Of a stretch of DNA of 64,000 bases, positions 54,871 through 64,000 are shown piece by piece. The DNA is from Alistipes communis. Its GTDB lineage: Bacteria > Bacillota_I > Bacilli_A > RFN20 > CAG-826. The DNA is taken from contig CAVKFY010000087.1 of the NCBI GenBank assembly GCA_963655775.1, forward strand, positions 260-64,259. Reading direction: 5' to 3'. The notes beneath the pieces were generated by a model. It ran no database searches. It worked only from the letters and a program-made list of their open reading frames with translations, and was not told where the DNA came from. Position 1 is the stretch's first letter. Each line of letters opens with the position of its first letter. A program made the position numbers and the translations under genes.

Positions 54871-56415
54871 ATGGCTTATAAAACTATAAATTACCCTTTC
54901 GAGACTGGCGTAAATGCCGACAATAGTGAGGTCGTTCTTTCCGTTCGTAACCTCAATGTATCATTTAAGACTGACCAAGGAAAAGTTCGCGCTGTCCGTG
55001 GAGTGGCTTTTGATTTACACAAAGAAGAAACTTTATGCATTGTTGGTGAGTCTGGTTCAGGCAAATCCGTCACAAACAAAACAATCATGGGCATTCTTCC
55101 AAAGAGTGCTCGTATTGATTCTGGCGAGGTTATCTATCAAGGTGAAGACCTTACAAAGGTTTCAGAAGATGAATTTCATCGTATTCGTGGAACAAAGATT
55201 GGCATGATCTTCCAAGATCCTCTTTCGTCGCTTAATCCAATTATGAAAATTGGTAAGCAAATGACTGAGGTCATGATCATCCAAGGCAACCATTTAAAAC
55301 GTTATTACGATTCTCTTATTAACAAAGAATTTATTACGTATAAAAACGATCTTCGTTTGTATCAATTAACAAAAGAAAAAACTAACGAGAAGATAAATGA
55401 CTTAAAGAAACAAATCAAAGTTCTAAAAAAAGCTAAGAATCATGAAGCAGAGATTGAGGCATTACAAGGTGAAATTGAAGATGCCAAGATTGAAGGAATC
55501 GCATCGATTTCTAAGATTAAAGAAGATTTGAACATCGATAAGAAAGAGCTTGCTGTTGCTAAAAAGAAAGCATCTAAAGCCACAAAAGAAAAGAAGGCTG
55601 AGATTGTTGCTAGACACAAAGCCAATAGAAAGCCGATTTTATCTCGTTTATTTAAGAATTTCTCTTCTGCCTATAACGATTTAATTTATGAACATAGACG
55701 TTATCTTTCCGAAATCCGTGTCACACATAGAGAAGCGAAAGAAAGAGCGTTAGAAATCATGAAGGAAGTAGGTATTCCTGAGCCAGAACGTCGTTTCAAT
55801 CAATATCCATTCGAGTTCTCCGGTGGTATGAGACAACGTATTGTTATTGCTATCGCTTTAACTGCTGAACCTGATGTTTTGATTTGTGATGAGCCTACAA
55901 CAGCATTGGACGTAACTATCCAAGCTCAAATCCTCGAATTAATTAATCGTTTAAAGAAAACTCACCATATGTCTGTTATTTTCATCACGCATGACCTTGG
56001 TGTTGTTGCCAACATGGCTGATAGAGTTGCAGTTATGTATGCCGGTAAGATTGTTGAATACGGAACAAGTAAAGATGTTTTCTATTCTCCCGCTCATCCT
56101 TATACATGGGCGTTGCTTAGCTCTATTCCTGATGTTGATTCCAAAGAAAAGCTTGAAGCAATTCCAGGAACACCTCCAAATATGCTCTTCCCTCCAAAGG
56201 GAGACGCCTTTGCTTTGCGTTCTAAATATGCCATGGCTGTTGATTTCAAAAAAGAACCACCAATGTATCAAATTAGCGACACTCACTATGCTTCGACATG
56301 GTTATTAGATGACCGTGCTCCAGAAGTAGAAATGCCTAAGATTGTTTCAACACGTATTGAAAACAATTTAAAGAAAGCAAAACCAACAAAGAGAAAGGGG
56401 AAAAACAATGAGTAA
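54871..56415 (+). CDS. oppD: Oligopeptide ABC transporter ATP-binding protein OppD-like with an inserted ~150-aa coiled-coil segment.
   Basis: Walker A GESGSGKS, signature FSGGMRQR, Walker B LICDEPTTALD, H-loop ITHD; a K/E-rich insertion between Walker A and the signature motif; aaaggag RBS. Confidence 0.85.
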   Translation: MAYKTINYPFETGVNADNSEVVLSVRNLNVSFKTDQGKVRAVRGVAFDLHKEETLCIVGESGSGKSVTNKTIMGILPKSARIDSGEVIYQGEDLTKVSEDEFHRIRGTKIGMIFQDPLSSLNPIMKIGKQMTEVMIIQGNHLKRYYDSLINKEFITYKNDLRLYQLTKEKTNEKINDLKKQIKVLKKAKNHEAEIEALQGEIEDAKIEGIASISKIKEDLNIDKKELAVAKKKASKATKEKKAEIVARHKANRKPILSRLFKNFSSAYNDLIYEHRRYLSEIRVTHREAKERALEIMKEVGIPEPERRFNQYPFEFSGGMRQRIVIAIALTAEPDVLICDEPTTALDVTIQAQILELINRLKKTHHMSVIFITHDLGVVANMADRVAVMYAGKIVEYGTSKDVFYSPAHPYTWALLSSIPDVDSKEKLEAIPGTPPNMLFPPKGDAFALRSKYAMAVDFKKEPPMYQISDTHYASTWLLDDRAPEVEMPKIVSTRIENNLKKAKPTKRKGKNNE

Positions 56416-57655
56416 CGAAACACCTTGGAATCCAAAAGACCTTGCTCCAAAAGGAGTTACTTATGATGAAAGCCTAGCGGAAAGCAAGACTATTTTGTCT
56501 GTCCGCCATCTCAAACAATTTTTCTCTTCTGGCGATTATAAAACCAAAGCCGTTCATGATGTTTCTTTTGATGTTAAAGAAGGAGAATGCTTCGGCTTAG
56601 TTGGTGAATCTGGATGTGGAAAAACAACCACAGGTCGTACAATTATTGGTCTTTATAAACCAACAAGCGGATCCATTTATTACAAAGGGGTCCGTGTTTC
56701 TTGCGGTTCTAGATGGAACGAAAAAGAAATTAAATGGAGCAAAATCCACGCTAAAGAAAAAATAGCCGCGCTCAAAGAACAGATGCATATTGAACTTTCT
56801 GATGCCAATGAGGCACCAGGTGTTAAAGAAGGCATTGAAAAACGTTATAACGATCAGATTGTTGCCATCGAAAGCGAACTCAAAGAGCACGTGAATGAGC
56901 AAAAGAAATTGATCAAACAAATCAATTACGATAATCGCCATTCACCAAAAAAACTTCGTCAAGAAATTCAAATGATCTTCCAAGATCCTATTGATTCTCT
57001 TGACCCACGTATGACTGTTGAAGACATCATTTGTGAAGGTCTTCATATTCAAGGCAGCTATAATCGTAAAGCAAATTCAGAAAAAGTCGTTGAGACACTT
57101 GAACGTGTCGGCTTAATTCCTGAATACGCCTCCCGTTATCCACATGAATTCTCTGGCGGACAAAGACAACGTATTGGTATTGCTCGTGCTTTAGTCATGA
57201 ATCCTAAAGTGTTGATTTGCGATGAGCCAATATCCGCTCTAGACGTTTCTATCCGTGCCCAGGTTTTGAATTTACTTAATGACGTTAAACAAGAGATGGG
57301 TCTAACAATGATTTTCATTGCCCATGACCTTTCTGTTGTTAAATATTTCTGCGACCGTATTGCCGTTATGTATTTTGGCAACATGGTTGAACTTGCAACA
57401 AGCGATGAACTTTTTGCCCATCCTTTACATCCGTATACGCAAGCTCTTCTTTCCGCTATTCCTAAGCCAGATCCTATTTCTGAACATAACCGTGTCCGTA
57501 AGATTTATGATCCATCCAAGGCGCATGATTATTCGAAAGAAAAGCCAACATTCCGTGAAATATTGCCAGGACATTTTGTTCTTTGCTCTGATTCTGAAGA
57601 AGAAGAATATAAAAAACAAATTAAGGCCTTAGACGCAAAGAAAGGAGGCAAATAA
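56408..57655 (+). CDS. oppF: Oligopeptide ABC transporter ATP-binding protein OppF-like with an inserted ~100-aa segment.
   Basis: GESGCGKTT, FSGGQRQRIGIARAL, LICDEPISALD, IAHD. Confidence 0.85.
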   Translation: MSNETPWNPKDLAPKGVTYDESLAESKTILSVRHLKQFFSSGDYKTKAVHDVSFDVKEGECFGLVGESGCGKTTTGRTIIGLYKPTSGSIYYKGVRVSCGSRWNEKEIKWSKIHAKEKIAALKEQMHIELSDANEAPGVKEGIEKRYNDQIVAIESELKEHVNEQKKLIKQINYDNRHSPKKLRQEIQMIFQDPIDSLDPRMTVEDIICEGLHIQGSYNRKANSEKVVETLERVGLIPEYASRYPHEFSGGQRQRIGIARALVMNPKVLICDEPISALDVSIRAQVLNLLNDVKQEMGLTMIFIAHDLSVVKYFCDRIAVMYFGNMVELATSDELFAHPLHPYTQALLSAIPKPDPISEHNRVRKIYDPSKAHDYSKEKPTFREILPGHFVLCSDSEEEEYKKQIKALDAKKGGK

Positions 57656-57657
57656 TT

Positions 57658-58365
57658 ATGAAGAAGAAATTACATCTTCCTTGGATTGCTATAGTTTCAT
57701 TCCTTTTATGCTTACTTTGCTGCATTCCTTTCATTAACTATTTTATTGCCTTATCCGATCCATCCGGTAAGAATTGGAAATTGGAATATCTTCAAAACGA
57801 GGCCGTTGATGCATATTTACATTCATCTGGAACTGCGATCGCTCTAATTTTCTCCGGCGTTGCTTTGGTTTTCTTCCTTGGCTTTGGCTTAGATTTATTA
57901 TTCCGTAAAAAAGCGAGCCACATTGCATTAGTTGAAGCGTCAACTCTTGCTGTTTTGGCTTATGAGGTAACTCGTGCTATTTATTGCATAAAACTCGGTT
58001 CTGTTAACATTATCGTTGCAATTTTCTACATCGTTGCAATATTAGGAACGTTAGGTACGCTTTATTTCTATTTCAAGAAGGCTTTAGATGGTGATAATTT
58101 ATGGCCATATTGGGCTTGCTTTATTGTCTCTGCTGCGTTCTTTTTCTTTGGAGGAGCAACAAAGGATTCATACTCAATTCTTAATGCTTATTCGCACTTT
58201 AATGCAAATAACGGCGTTGGCGATTTTGAATATTGGGTTGGATATGGCGCAAGCAGATTAATGTTCTTGCTTCTTTGCCTTGGTTGCGTGGTTAATGCGC
58301 ATTTCGACTTTGTCCCAACAAATAGTGCGGAGCGAGCAAAAGACAACGTTGAGGAAAAACAATAA
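57658..58365 (+). CDS. Hypothetical 6-TM membrane protein.
   Basis: Strong aaaggagg RBS; six hydrophobic helices; located directly after oppF. Confidence 0.5.
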   Translation: MKKKLHLPWIAIVSFLLCLLCCIPFINYFIALSDPSGKNWKLEYLQNEAVDAYLHSSGTAIALIFSGVALVFFLGFGLDLLFRKKASHIALVEASTLAVLAYEVTRAIYCIKLGSVNIIVAIFYIVAILGTLGTLYFYFKKALDGDNLWPYWACFIVSAAFFFFGGATKDSYSILNAYSHFNANNGVGDFEYWVGYGASRLMFLLLCLGCVVNAHFDFVPTNSAERAKDNVEEKQ

Positions 58366-58461
58366 ATCGACAATAAAAAATTAAGGCGATAATGGTAGCC
58401 TTTTCTTGAAGAAAAGAGACAAGACTAGTAATATTATCGTTGTTCATTTGAGGTGACTGTT

Positions 58462-58953
58462 ATGAAAAAGAAATCATTATTATCAGGAATACTTAGTATT
58501 CTTGCTGTACTTGCCATTGTTGGAGCTCTCTTGTTCCCATTAGGAGATGGCCTTGTTGCCAAAGGCGGTTTATTTAGTGAAGCTGCTGCTGGTTACGACT
58601 TTGTTTTTGGAAACGATGCTCTCCAAATCATTGATCCATATGGTTCGATGATTGCTTGGTTCGTTCTTCTTTTGATTGCCGCATTCTTCGGCATCCTTGG
58701 AAGTCTTACTGGTTTCTTTGGAGGAAAAGTTGGCGCTTTCTTTAATTTCTTAACTGGAATTATTGCATTCGTTTGCGCTCTTCTCTTCTTCTTATCTGGT
58801 GTTATTGTCGGCAATACTTGGGTTTCCGTTCTTCCAAGCACAACAACAGTTTCATTAGGTTGGGGCTTCTTAGCTGCTGGAATTTGCTCTGCTGTTGCAG
58901 CCGTTGTTGATTTATTCATCGGTGGCAAAGTCTTATTCTCCAAGAAGGCTTAA
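58462..58953 (+). CDS. Hypothetical Gly-rich 4-TM membrane protein.
   Basis: gaggtg RBS; GxxxG-rich helices. Confidence 0.5.
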   Translation: MKKKSLLSGILSILAVLAIVGALLFPLGDGLVAKGGLFSEAAAGYDFVFGNDALQIIDPYGSMIAWFVLLLIAAFFGILGSLTGFFGGKVGAFFNFLTGIIAFVCALLFFLSGVIVGNTWVSVLPSTTTVSLGWGFLAAGICSAVAAVVDLFIGGKVLFSKKA

Positions 58954-58973
58954 TTTCAGAAGATCAATTATTT

Positions 58974-58996
58974 AAGCCCCAGAAGGGGCTTTTTCT
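58974..58996 (+). terminator. Rho-independent terminator.
   Basis: aagcccc-agaa-ggggctt followed by ttttct. Confidence 0.65.
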
Positions 58997-58999
58997 AAT

Positions 59000-59914
59000 A
59001 TGGAAACGATCGGAAAGAATATTACATATTACAGAGTTAAGAAAGGCTTAAGCCAAGACGATTTAGCGCGTCTTCTTTCCGTGTCGAAAGATTTGGTTGT
59101 GGCATGGGAGAAAGACGAAAGAGAGCCATCTTCTTTGCAAATCGAAAGAATTGCTGCTTTATTTAGAATCAATAAGGAAGATATCCTAAGCAAAAAAACT
59201 CATGAGAAAATAATTCCAGTGTATTCTTCAACATCCTCAAAAGGGAAATACGTTGGCACATGTTCTAGGTGTGGCAAAACCATCTATTCCAATAGCAAGT
59301 ACGGTATGGGTGAAGTAAAGGAAGAATATGGTTTTCTTTCTACATCAATCGTCTATGAGTATGATTCAAAGAAAAATGATGGTAAGAAATATTTCTGCGA
59401 AGATTGTTGCAAAGAAATCGAAGCAATAAATAAACAAAACGCCAAGAAAGAACTTCTTGAGGAGAAGAAGAACATCAAGAAATCCCTTATTGCATCTTTG
59501 CTACTAGGCTTTGTTTCTCTTTCTTTGTGTGATGCCGCGTCGGTTGTAGTTTATTTCCTCTTTAATGAAAGACTTATCTCATATCTTATTTGTGCAGGAT
59601 CGCTTGTTATTGGCTATTATGTTTTTAGTCTTTCATATACCTTCTTTTTAAAGAGAAACTGGGTACATAATTCAATCTGCGCCTTCGCAAAGGCAACCTT
59701 CATCAAATTTCCAAAAAAGATAATGGATAATGATGGGCTAGATGTTCTTAAAACAGGCTTCGTAAAGGCTATATTCCTTGCTGTTAATTATTTAATAGAT
59801 TCAGTATTGTTACTTGTTTATACATTGTTATTAGGCTTTATTTGCATCTTCTATTGGCCTAAGGCTAAAAAGAATGCCGTATCCTATTTATATGATAAGG
59901 GTGAAGAAATATGA
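59000..59914 (+). CDS. XRE-family HTH protein with a zinc-ribbon and a C-terminal 4-TM domain (membrane-tethered regulator).
   Basis: N-terminal ITYYRVKKGLSQDDLARLLSVSKDLVVAWEKDEREPSSLQIERIAALF; CSRCGKTIY...CEDCC zinc ribbon; C-terminal hydrophobic helices. Confidence 0.6.
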   Translation: METIGKNITYYRVKKGLSQDDLARLLSVSKDLVVAWEKDEREPSSLQIERIAALFRINKEDILSKKTHEKIIPVYSSTSSKGKYVGTCSRCGKTIYSNSKYGMGEVKEEYGFLSTSIVYEYDSKKNDGKKYFCEDCCKEIEAINKQNAKKELLEEKKNIKKSLIASLLLGFVSLSLCDAASVVVYFLFNERLISYLICAGSLVIGYYVFSLSYTFFLKRNWVHNSICAFAKATFIKFPKKIMDNDGLDVLKTGFVKAIFLAVNYLIDSVLLLVYTLLLGFICIFYWPKAKKNAVSYLYDKGEEI

Positions 59915-60381
59915 AAATCACAAAGACAAACGTAATGAGATTACTCGATGAAGCAAAGATAGAATACTCCCCAAAAGAATACGATGAAGAAATAGTTGAT
60001 GGGGAGAGTGTTGCTAAAGCTTTAGGAGAAGATCCTGAATGCGTTTTTAAGAGTCTTGTTTGCGAGAATGATAAGCATGAGCATTTCATCTTTGAGGTGC
60101 CTGTTAATTGTTCTCTAAACCTCAAGAAAGCTGCCAAAGCAAGTAAATCTAAGTCTATTGAACTTATTCCTTTAAAACAGCTTCTTCCTTTAACTGGGTA
60201 TGTTCATGGAGGATGTTCTCCTATAGGTTTAAAGAAAACAATGCCTGTCTTTATTGATGAGACTGCTCAGCTATTTGATATTATCTACATATCTGGCGGT
60301 AAAAGAGGTTTCCAAGTTGGATTATCTCCGCTTGATTTAGAAAAATACACAAAAGGTATATTTGTTGATATTCTTGATTAA
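59911..60381 (+). CDS. ybaK: Cys-tRNA(Pro)/Cys-tRNA(Cys) deacylase YbaK.
   Basis: YbaK/ProX fold with the TGYVHGGCSPIG motif; 156 aa. Confidence 0.8.
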   Translation: MKITKTNVMRLLDEAKIEYSPKEYDEEIVDGESVAKALGEDPECVFKSLVCENDKHEHFIFEVPVNCSLNLKKAAKASKSKSIELIPLKQLLPLTGYVHGGCSPIGLKKTMPVFIDETAQLFDIIYISGGKRGFQVGLSPLDLEKYTKGIFVDILD

Positions 60382-60436
60382 TTTTTGTCCCTTTTTGAAT
60401 TTACCCTCCTTATTAATAGATGAGGAGGCTTTTTTA

Positions 60437-60781
60437 ATGACAAGCATAATTATTGAAGAAAAGAAAACTCAGCTTTTCGATTACCTTAATAACTTACTAA
60501 GCAAACACGTTTACCCTTATTCAAATCAAGCTACAGGGCATTATCAAGCAAAGGAATTGCATGAGAAGATATCTTCGTCTTTTGAGAAGATGATTGATGA
60601 ATATGAACAAAACGGAGACGAGGAATTAATAGAGGAAACATCATATGAGATTTGTGAATCTATAGATGAGGATATTTCTAATTTCTTCTTTGAAAAATGT
60701 GATGACAGTTTTTATTTTATCGACTTCAAAATATTCCAACCTCAGGTAAGTGCTAAAATCAAAAATATTATTATTTCATAA
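60437..60781 (+). CDS. Hypothetical acidic protein.
   Basis: gaggagg RBS at 60422-60428; 114 aa; no recognisable motif. Confidence 0.4.
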   Translation: MTSIIIEEKKTQLFDYLNNLLSKHVYPYSNQATGHYQAKELHEKISSSFEKMIDEYEQNGDEELIEETSYEICESIDEDISNFFFEKCDDSFYFIDFKIFQPQVSAKIKNIIIS

Positions 60782-60842
60782 AATTATTTTTACTTTTTTC
60801 TTCGATGGCAGGCTTATTTTGAAAATATTTAGCACAAAACAC

Positions 60843-60901
60843 TTGACAGTGCTAAAGGACGCATTACAATAGTGTTAGCACTTGAGAGAAAAGAGTGCTA
60901 A
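60843..60901 (+). promoter_or_regulatory. SigA-type promoter with an overlapping CIRCE operator upstream of hsp20.
   Basis: TTGACA (60843-48), a 17-nt spacer, TACAAT (60866-71), then TTAGCACTT-N9-GAGTGCTAA (60875-60901). Confidence 0.8.
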
Positions 60902-60924
60902 CCAATAAATTGGAGGTATTACTT

Positions 60925-61353
60925 ATGAAAAATGAACTCACTAATTACGGAACTGGATTATTCGATCCATTATTCGATTTCTTCGCGCCATCTGACTACC
61001 AAGGTGCAAATAGATATGCCAAAGGCTTATTGATGAAGACTGATATCAAAGAAAGCGATAAAGGCTACACATTTGAAATCGATCTTCCTGGAATTGAGAA
61101 ACAAAACATCAGCGTTTCTTTCAAAGAAGGATATCTTACTATCTCTGCTAAAGTCGAAGACAAGCGTGATGAAAACAACCAAGAGAAGTATGTCCGTAAA
61201 GAAAGATTCTCTGGTGTCAGCACTCGCTCATACTATGTTGGCGATGTTGATGAAAAGACAATCTCTGCCAAATATGTTGATGGCGTTTTGAAGCTCTTTG
61301 TACCAAAAGAAGTTCCACAAGAAGAAAAAGAACATCACATTGCTATTGAATAA
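60925..61353 (+). CDS. Hsp20/alpha-crystallin family small heat-shock protein.
   Basis: Alpha-crystallin domain (DIKESDKGYTFEIDLPGIEKQNISVSFKEGYLTISAK...GVLKLFVPK); ggagg RBS. Confidence 0.85.
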   Translation: MKNELTNYGTGLFDPLFDFFAPSDYQGANRYAKGLLMKTDIKESDKGYTFEIDLPGIEKQNISVSFKEGYLTISAKVEDKRDENNQEKYVRKERFSGVSTRSYYVGDVDEKTISAKYVDGVLKLFVPKEVPQEEKEHHIAIE

Positions 61354-61373
61354 TAGGTTAATGAAAAAGATCT

Positions 61374-61402
61374 GAGGAGGCAAACGCCCCCTCTTTTCTT
61401 TT
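61374..61402 (+). terminator. Rho-independent terminator after hsp20.
   Basis: gaggagg-caaacg-ccccctc followed by ttttctttt. Confidence 0.5.
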
Positions 61403-61473
61403 CCTTATAATATTGAGAAATAATTATTGAAATGCGATTAGCCTAATTCTTACAATAATGTTAGGCAAAAATT

Positions 61474-62250
61474 ATGCGTTACATTATTGTTAATAGAGAT
61501 GATGATTTTTCAAAAAAGATGTCATGCGACATTTCTTTATTTATGTCGAAAGACTCTTTTTTTGTTAATGATGAAAAAGATCCTGAATTAATTATTGTTA
61601 TTGGCGGGGATGGTACCTTTCTCCATGCCATGCATGCATATATAGATAAATTGGATTCTATAAAATTTCTTTGTTTTAATACGGGAACAATCGGCTATTA
61701 CAACGAATTCGATGTTACTAAGTTCGAAAAAACTCTTCTTTCGATTAAAGAAGGCTCTCTTCCAACAAGAGAATTTTCCTTACTTGAATATTCTTCTAAG
61801 AATCAAACCCAATATGCAATCAACGAACTTATTCTTAGTGGATTAATCAAAAACGCTGAATATGATGTTTATCTAGATGGCGAAAAGCTTGAAAGATATT
61901 TTGGCATGGGTCTAGTTATTGCTACCTCGACAGGTTCAATGGGTTATAACCGCAGCATTAACGGCTCAATCATGGATATAAACGTTGATGGAATGGAAGT
62001 TACGGAAATTGCTGCTATTCGTTCTAAAGCATATTCCAGCGTAGGCTCTCCATTAATATTAGACAAGAAGAGAGTCCTGACTTTCAAAGAAATAAATTCT
62101 CGTTCGGGAAACATCTTAAAAGACAACATTCTTGTAGATAAAAAGACTGATGAGGAATTCTCCGTATTCATTTCCAAAAAGAAAGCGATTTGTTATTCGA
62201 TAGAAAAAGATCCTTTTTTAACAAGATTAAAAAAGACATTAGGCTTCTAA
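61474..62250 (+). CDS. nadK: NAD+ kinase.
   Basis: GGDGT motif (IVIGGDGTFLHA), NELIL, and GLVIATSTGSMGYNRSINGSIMD (DGxxxxTPxGSTAY-like). Confidence 0.85.
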   Translation: MRYIIVNRDDDFSKKMSCDISLFMSKDSFFVNDEKDPELIIVIGGDGTFLHAMHAYIDKLDSIKFLCFNTGTIGYYNEFDVTKFEKTLLSIKEGSLPTREFSLLEYSSKNQTQYAINELILSGLIKNAEYDVYLDGEKLERYFGMGLVIATSTGSMGYNRSINGSIMDINVDGMEVTEIAAIRSKAYSSVGSPLILDKKRVLTFKEINSRSGNILKDNILVDKKTDEEFSVFISKKKAICYSIEKDPFLTRLKKTLGF

Positions 62251-62262
62251 AGGAGGAAACAT

Positions 62263-63102
62263 ATGTATAAAATAGCAAGAAAAAAAGTTTTAAATCCAAC
62301 AATCGTTGAGATGGACATTCTTTCGCCGGAAATTGCTAAGAAAGCAAAACCTGGTGAATTTATTATTCTTCGTGTTGATGAAGATGGAGAAAGAATCCCT
62401 TTAACTATCGCTGGAGAGAATCTTGATGAAGGAACGGTCAAAATCATTTTCCAAGTCGTTGGTTCTACAACATTCAAACTCAGCCAAAAGAAAGAAGGAG
62501 AGTATATCCAAGATTTTGTCGGACCTTTAGGAAGACCAACTGAATTAGATGGACTAAAAAAAGTTTGCATCATTGGCGGTGGAGCGGGAAGTGCGATTGC
62601 TATGCCAATTGCGCAAGAGCTTCATAAGAGAGGTGCAACAGTGCACTCAATCGTTGGATTCAGAAATAAAGATCTTGTTATCTTAGAAGATGAATTCAAA
62701 GCGTGTTCTGACATTTATAAAATCATGACCGACGATGGAACGGCTGGAGAAAAAGGCTTGGTAACAAATGCTTTAGAACAACTTTTAAACGAAGGAAACG
62801 TATATGATGAAGTCATTGCTATTGGACCAATAGTAATGATGAAATTTGTTGCTAAGATGTGTAAAGAGAGAGGCGTTAAAATCGTTGTTTCCATGAATCC
62901 TATTATGATTGATGGGACAGGAATGTGCGGTGGATGCAGACTAACTGTTGGCGGCAAGACTAAATTTGCTTGTGTTGATGGCCCAGATTTCGATGGTGCA
63001 GAAGTCGATTTCGATGAAGCGCGTTTCCGTGGGGGAATATACCGTGAACGGGAAAAACACAAATACGAAGAAACCTGTAACTTATTCAAGGAGGCCAAAT
63101 AA
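62263..63102 (+). CDS. FAD/NAD(P)-binding ferredoxin-NADP+ reductase-like subunit (NfnA/SudB/PyrK-like) with a C-terminal 2Fe-2S cysteine cluster.
   Basis: FNR-like barrel with GEFIILRV...RIPLTIAG, NAD-binding GGGAGSAIAMP, C-terminal MCGGCRLTV...CVDGP; aaaggagg RBS. Confidence 0.75.
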   Translation: MYKIARKKVLNPTIVEMDILSPEIAKKAKPGEFIILRVDEDGERIPLTIAGENLDEGTVKIIFQVVGSTTFKLSQKKEGEYIQDFVGPLGRPTELDGLKKVCIIGGGAGSAIAMPIAQELHKRGATVHSIVGFRNKDLVILEDEFKACSDIYKIMTDDGTAGEKGLVTNALEQLLNEGNVYDEVIAIGPIVMMKFVAKMCKERGVKIVVSMNPIMIDGTGMCGGCRLTVGGKTKFACVDGPDFDGAEVDFDEARFRGGIYREREKHKYEETCNLFKEAK

Positions 63103-63104
63103 TT

Positions 63105-64000
63105 ATGCCAAAGTATCAAGTTAACATGAGCCCAAAGAAAAATCCTATGCCTTCTCAAGAAGCAAAGGTTAGAGCTCATAATTTTGAAGAAGTTACCTCT
63201 GGATATACTCATGAAATGGCAATAAACGAAGCGTTCCGTTGCCTTGATTGCCCAAAGCCTGCTTGTGTTCCTCTATGCCCTGTTCATATCGATATCCCAG
63301 GTTTCATTGCTAAAGTTCGTGAAGATGATATAAAAGGTGCAAACGACATTCTTTTAAAATCTTCATCATTATCTTCTATCTGTGGCCGTGTTTGCCCTCA
63401 AGAGTCTCAATGTGAGAAAAACTGTCTCAGGGGAAAAATGCCAATTAGAGAAAAAGACGAAACTGGCAAGATGGTTGCTAAAGGTTTTGGTGAACCTGTA
63501 GCCATTGGAAGACTTGAAAGATATGTTGCAGATTATGCAAGAGACAATGATCTTGTTAAATTTGAGAAAGTTCCATCGAATGGACATAAAGTTGCTGTTA
63601 TTGGCAGCGGCCCATCGGGTCTTACCTGTGCAGGAGACTTAAGAAAACTCGGATATGATGTAACAATATTTGAAGCCTTACATGTTGCAGGTGGAGTTCT
63701 CTCATATGGCATTCCAGAATTCCGTCTTCCAAAAGAAATCGTTAAAAAGGAATGTGCAAATCTAGAAAAGATGGGTGTAGAAATCCGTACCAATGAAGTT
63801 ATTGGCAAAATTCATTCTATTGATGAACTTATGGATGATGGATTTGAAGCGGTATTTGTTGGCTCAGGTGCTGGTCTTCCTAGATTTATGGGAATTCCAG
63901 GTGAAAACCTTAACGGGGTTTTATCTGCAAACGAATTCTTGACACGTATTAATTTGATGAAAGCCTATAAAGAAGATCCAGAGACACCAGTTGTACATGG
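63105..64000 (+). CDS. NADPH-dependent glutamate-synthase beta-chain-like / NfnB (SudA) oxidoreductase, 3' end truncated by the window.
   Basis: N-terminal 4Fe-4S cysteine motifs (CLDCPKPACVPLCPV; CGRVCPQESQCEKNC) and FAD/NAD Rossmann VAVIGSGPSGLTCAGDL; the frame is open to the window end. Confidence 0.8.
   Translation, partial: MPKYQVNMSPKKNPMPSQEAKVRAHNFEEVTSGYTHEMAINEAFRCLDCPKPACVPLCPVHIDIPGFIAKVREDDIKGANDILLKSSSLSSICGRVCPQESQCEKNCLRGKMPIREKDETGKMVAKGFGEPVAIGRLERYVADYARDNDLVKFEKVPSNGHKVAVIGSGPSGLTCAGDLRKLGYDVTIFEALHVAGGVLSYGIPEFRLPKEIVKKECANLEKMGVEIRTNEVIGKIHSIDELMDDGFEAVFVGSGAGLPRFMGIPGENLNGVLSANEFLTRINLMKAYKEDPETPVVH

Noticed and set aside
62715-63212. 165-aa minus-strand ORF, with similar antisense ORFs inside large genes (for example 12335-12571, 52805-53203, 3314-3610, 44210-44506, 17886-18140).
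   Set aside because: Each lies entirely within a well-supported protein-coding gene on the opposite strand. They lack RBSs and domain features, and are typical spurious antisense frames in AT-rich DNA.

Overview
This 64-kb window is low-GC (roughly 33-38% by eye) chromosomal DNA with Firmicutes-type coding and standard genetic code (TGA is a stop; TGG is used for Trp). The lifestyle looks Mollicutes/Erysipelotrichia-like: nine lipoprotein genes with an L-[AS]-[GA]-C lipobox followed by Ser/Thr-rich linkers, and a Mycoplasma-style Opp operon with a giant OppA-like lipoprotein, an OppC carrying a large extracellular insertion, and OppD/OppF with inserted coiled-coil segments. ClpB lacks its N-domain and sits behind a perfect CIRCE operator; a second CIRCE precedes an hsp20 gene. 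Housekeeping or accessory functions include glf-manA-ROK kinase (galactofuranose/mannose metabolism), Fe-ADH, NadK, YbaK, an NfnA/SudB-like plus NfnB/GltD-like pair (3' truncated by the window), a CDF transporter, a GPH-type MFS symporter, a Na/Pi cotransporter, hypAB, a MazG-like NTP pyrophosphohydrolase, and an SbcD/SbcC-like (YhaO/YhaN-like) pair. The most unusual content is as follows. (1) An AT-rich toxin-antitoxin/defence islet between clpB and hypBA holds a HipA-C-like kinase translationally coupled to a downstream HTH protein (non-canonical order), and an AbiEi/AbiEii type IV TA pair whose toxin gene carries two single-nucleotide frameshifts exactly at the catalytic GG motif. (2) A tandemly duplicated ~400-bp module (2.06-2.76 kb) carries, in each copy, a promoter, a 5' hairpin, a strong SD, a 21-codon ORF with conserved ends and a divergent core, and a conserved terminator-like palindrome; an RHH-like 73-aa ORF follows. 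(3) A GC-rich structured noncoding island (28.7-29.2 kb) contains a 24-codon hydrophobic ORF with a perfect SD that is sequestered in a hairpin, and a convergent antisense terminator; this looks like a type I toxin/antisense-RNA arrangement. (4) A 5'-truncated SF1 helicase is fused to a Vsr/DUF559-like nuclease domain. (5) A decayed AlbA_2/HATPase (Schlafen-like) gene lies beside three phased TTCTAGA(A) palindromes. No rRNA, tRNA, CRISPR array, transposase or integrase was recognised.
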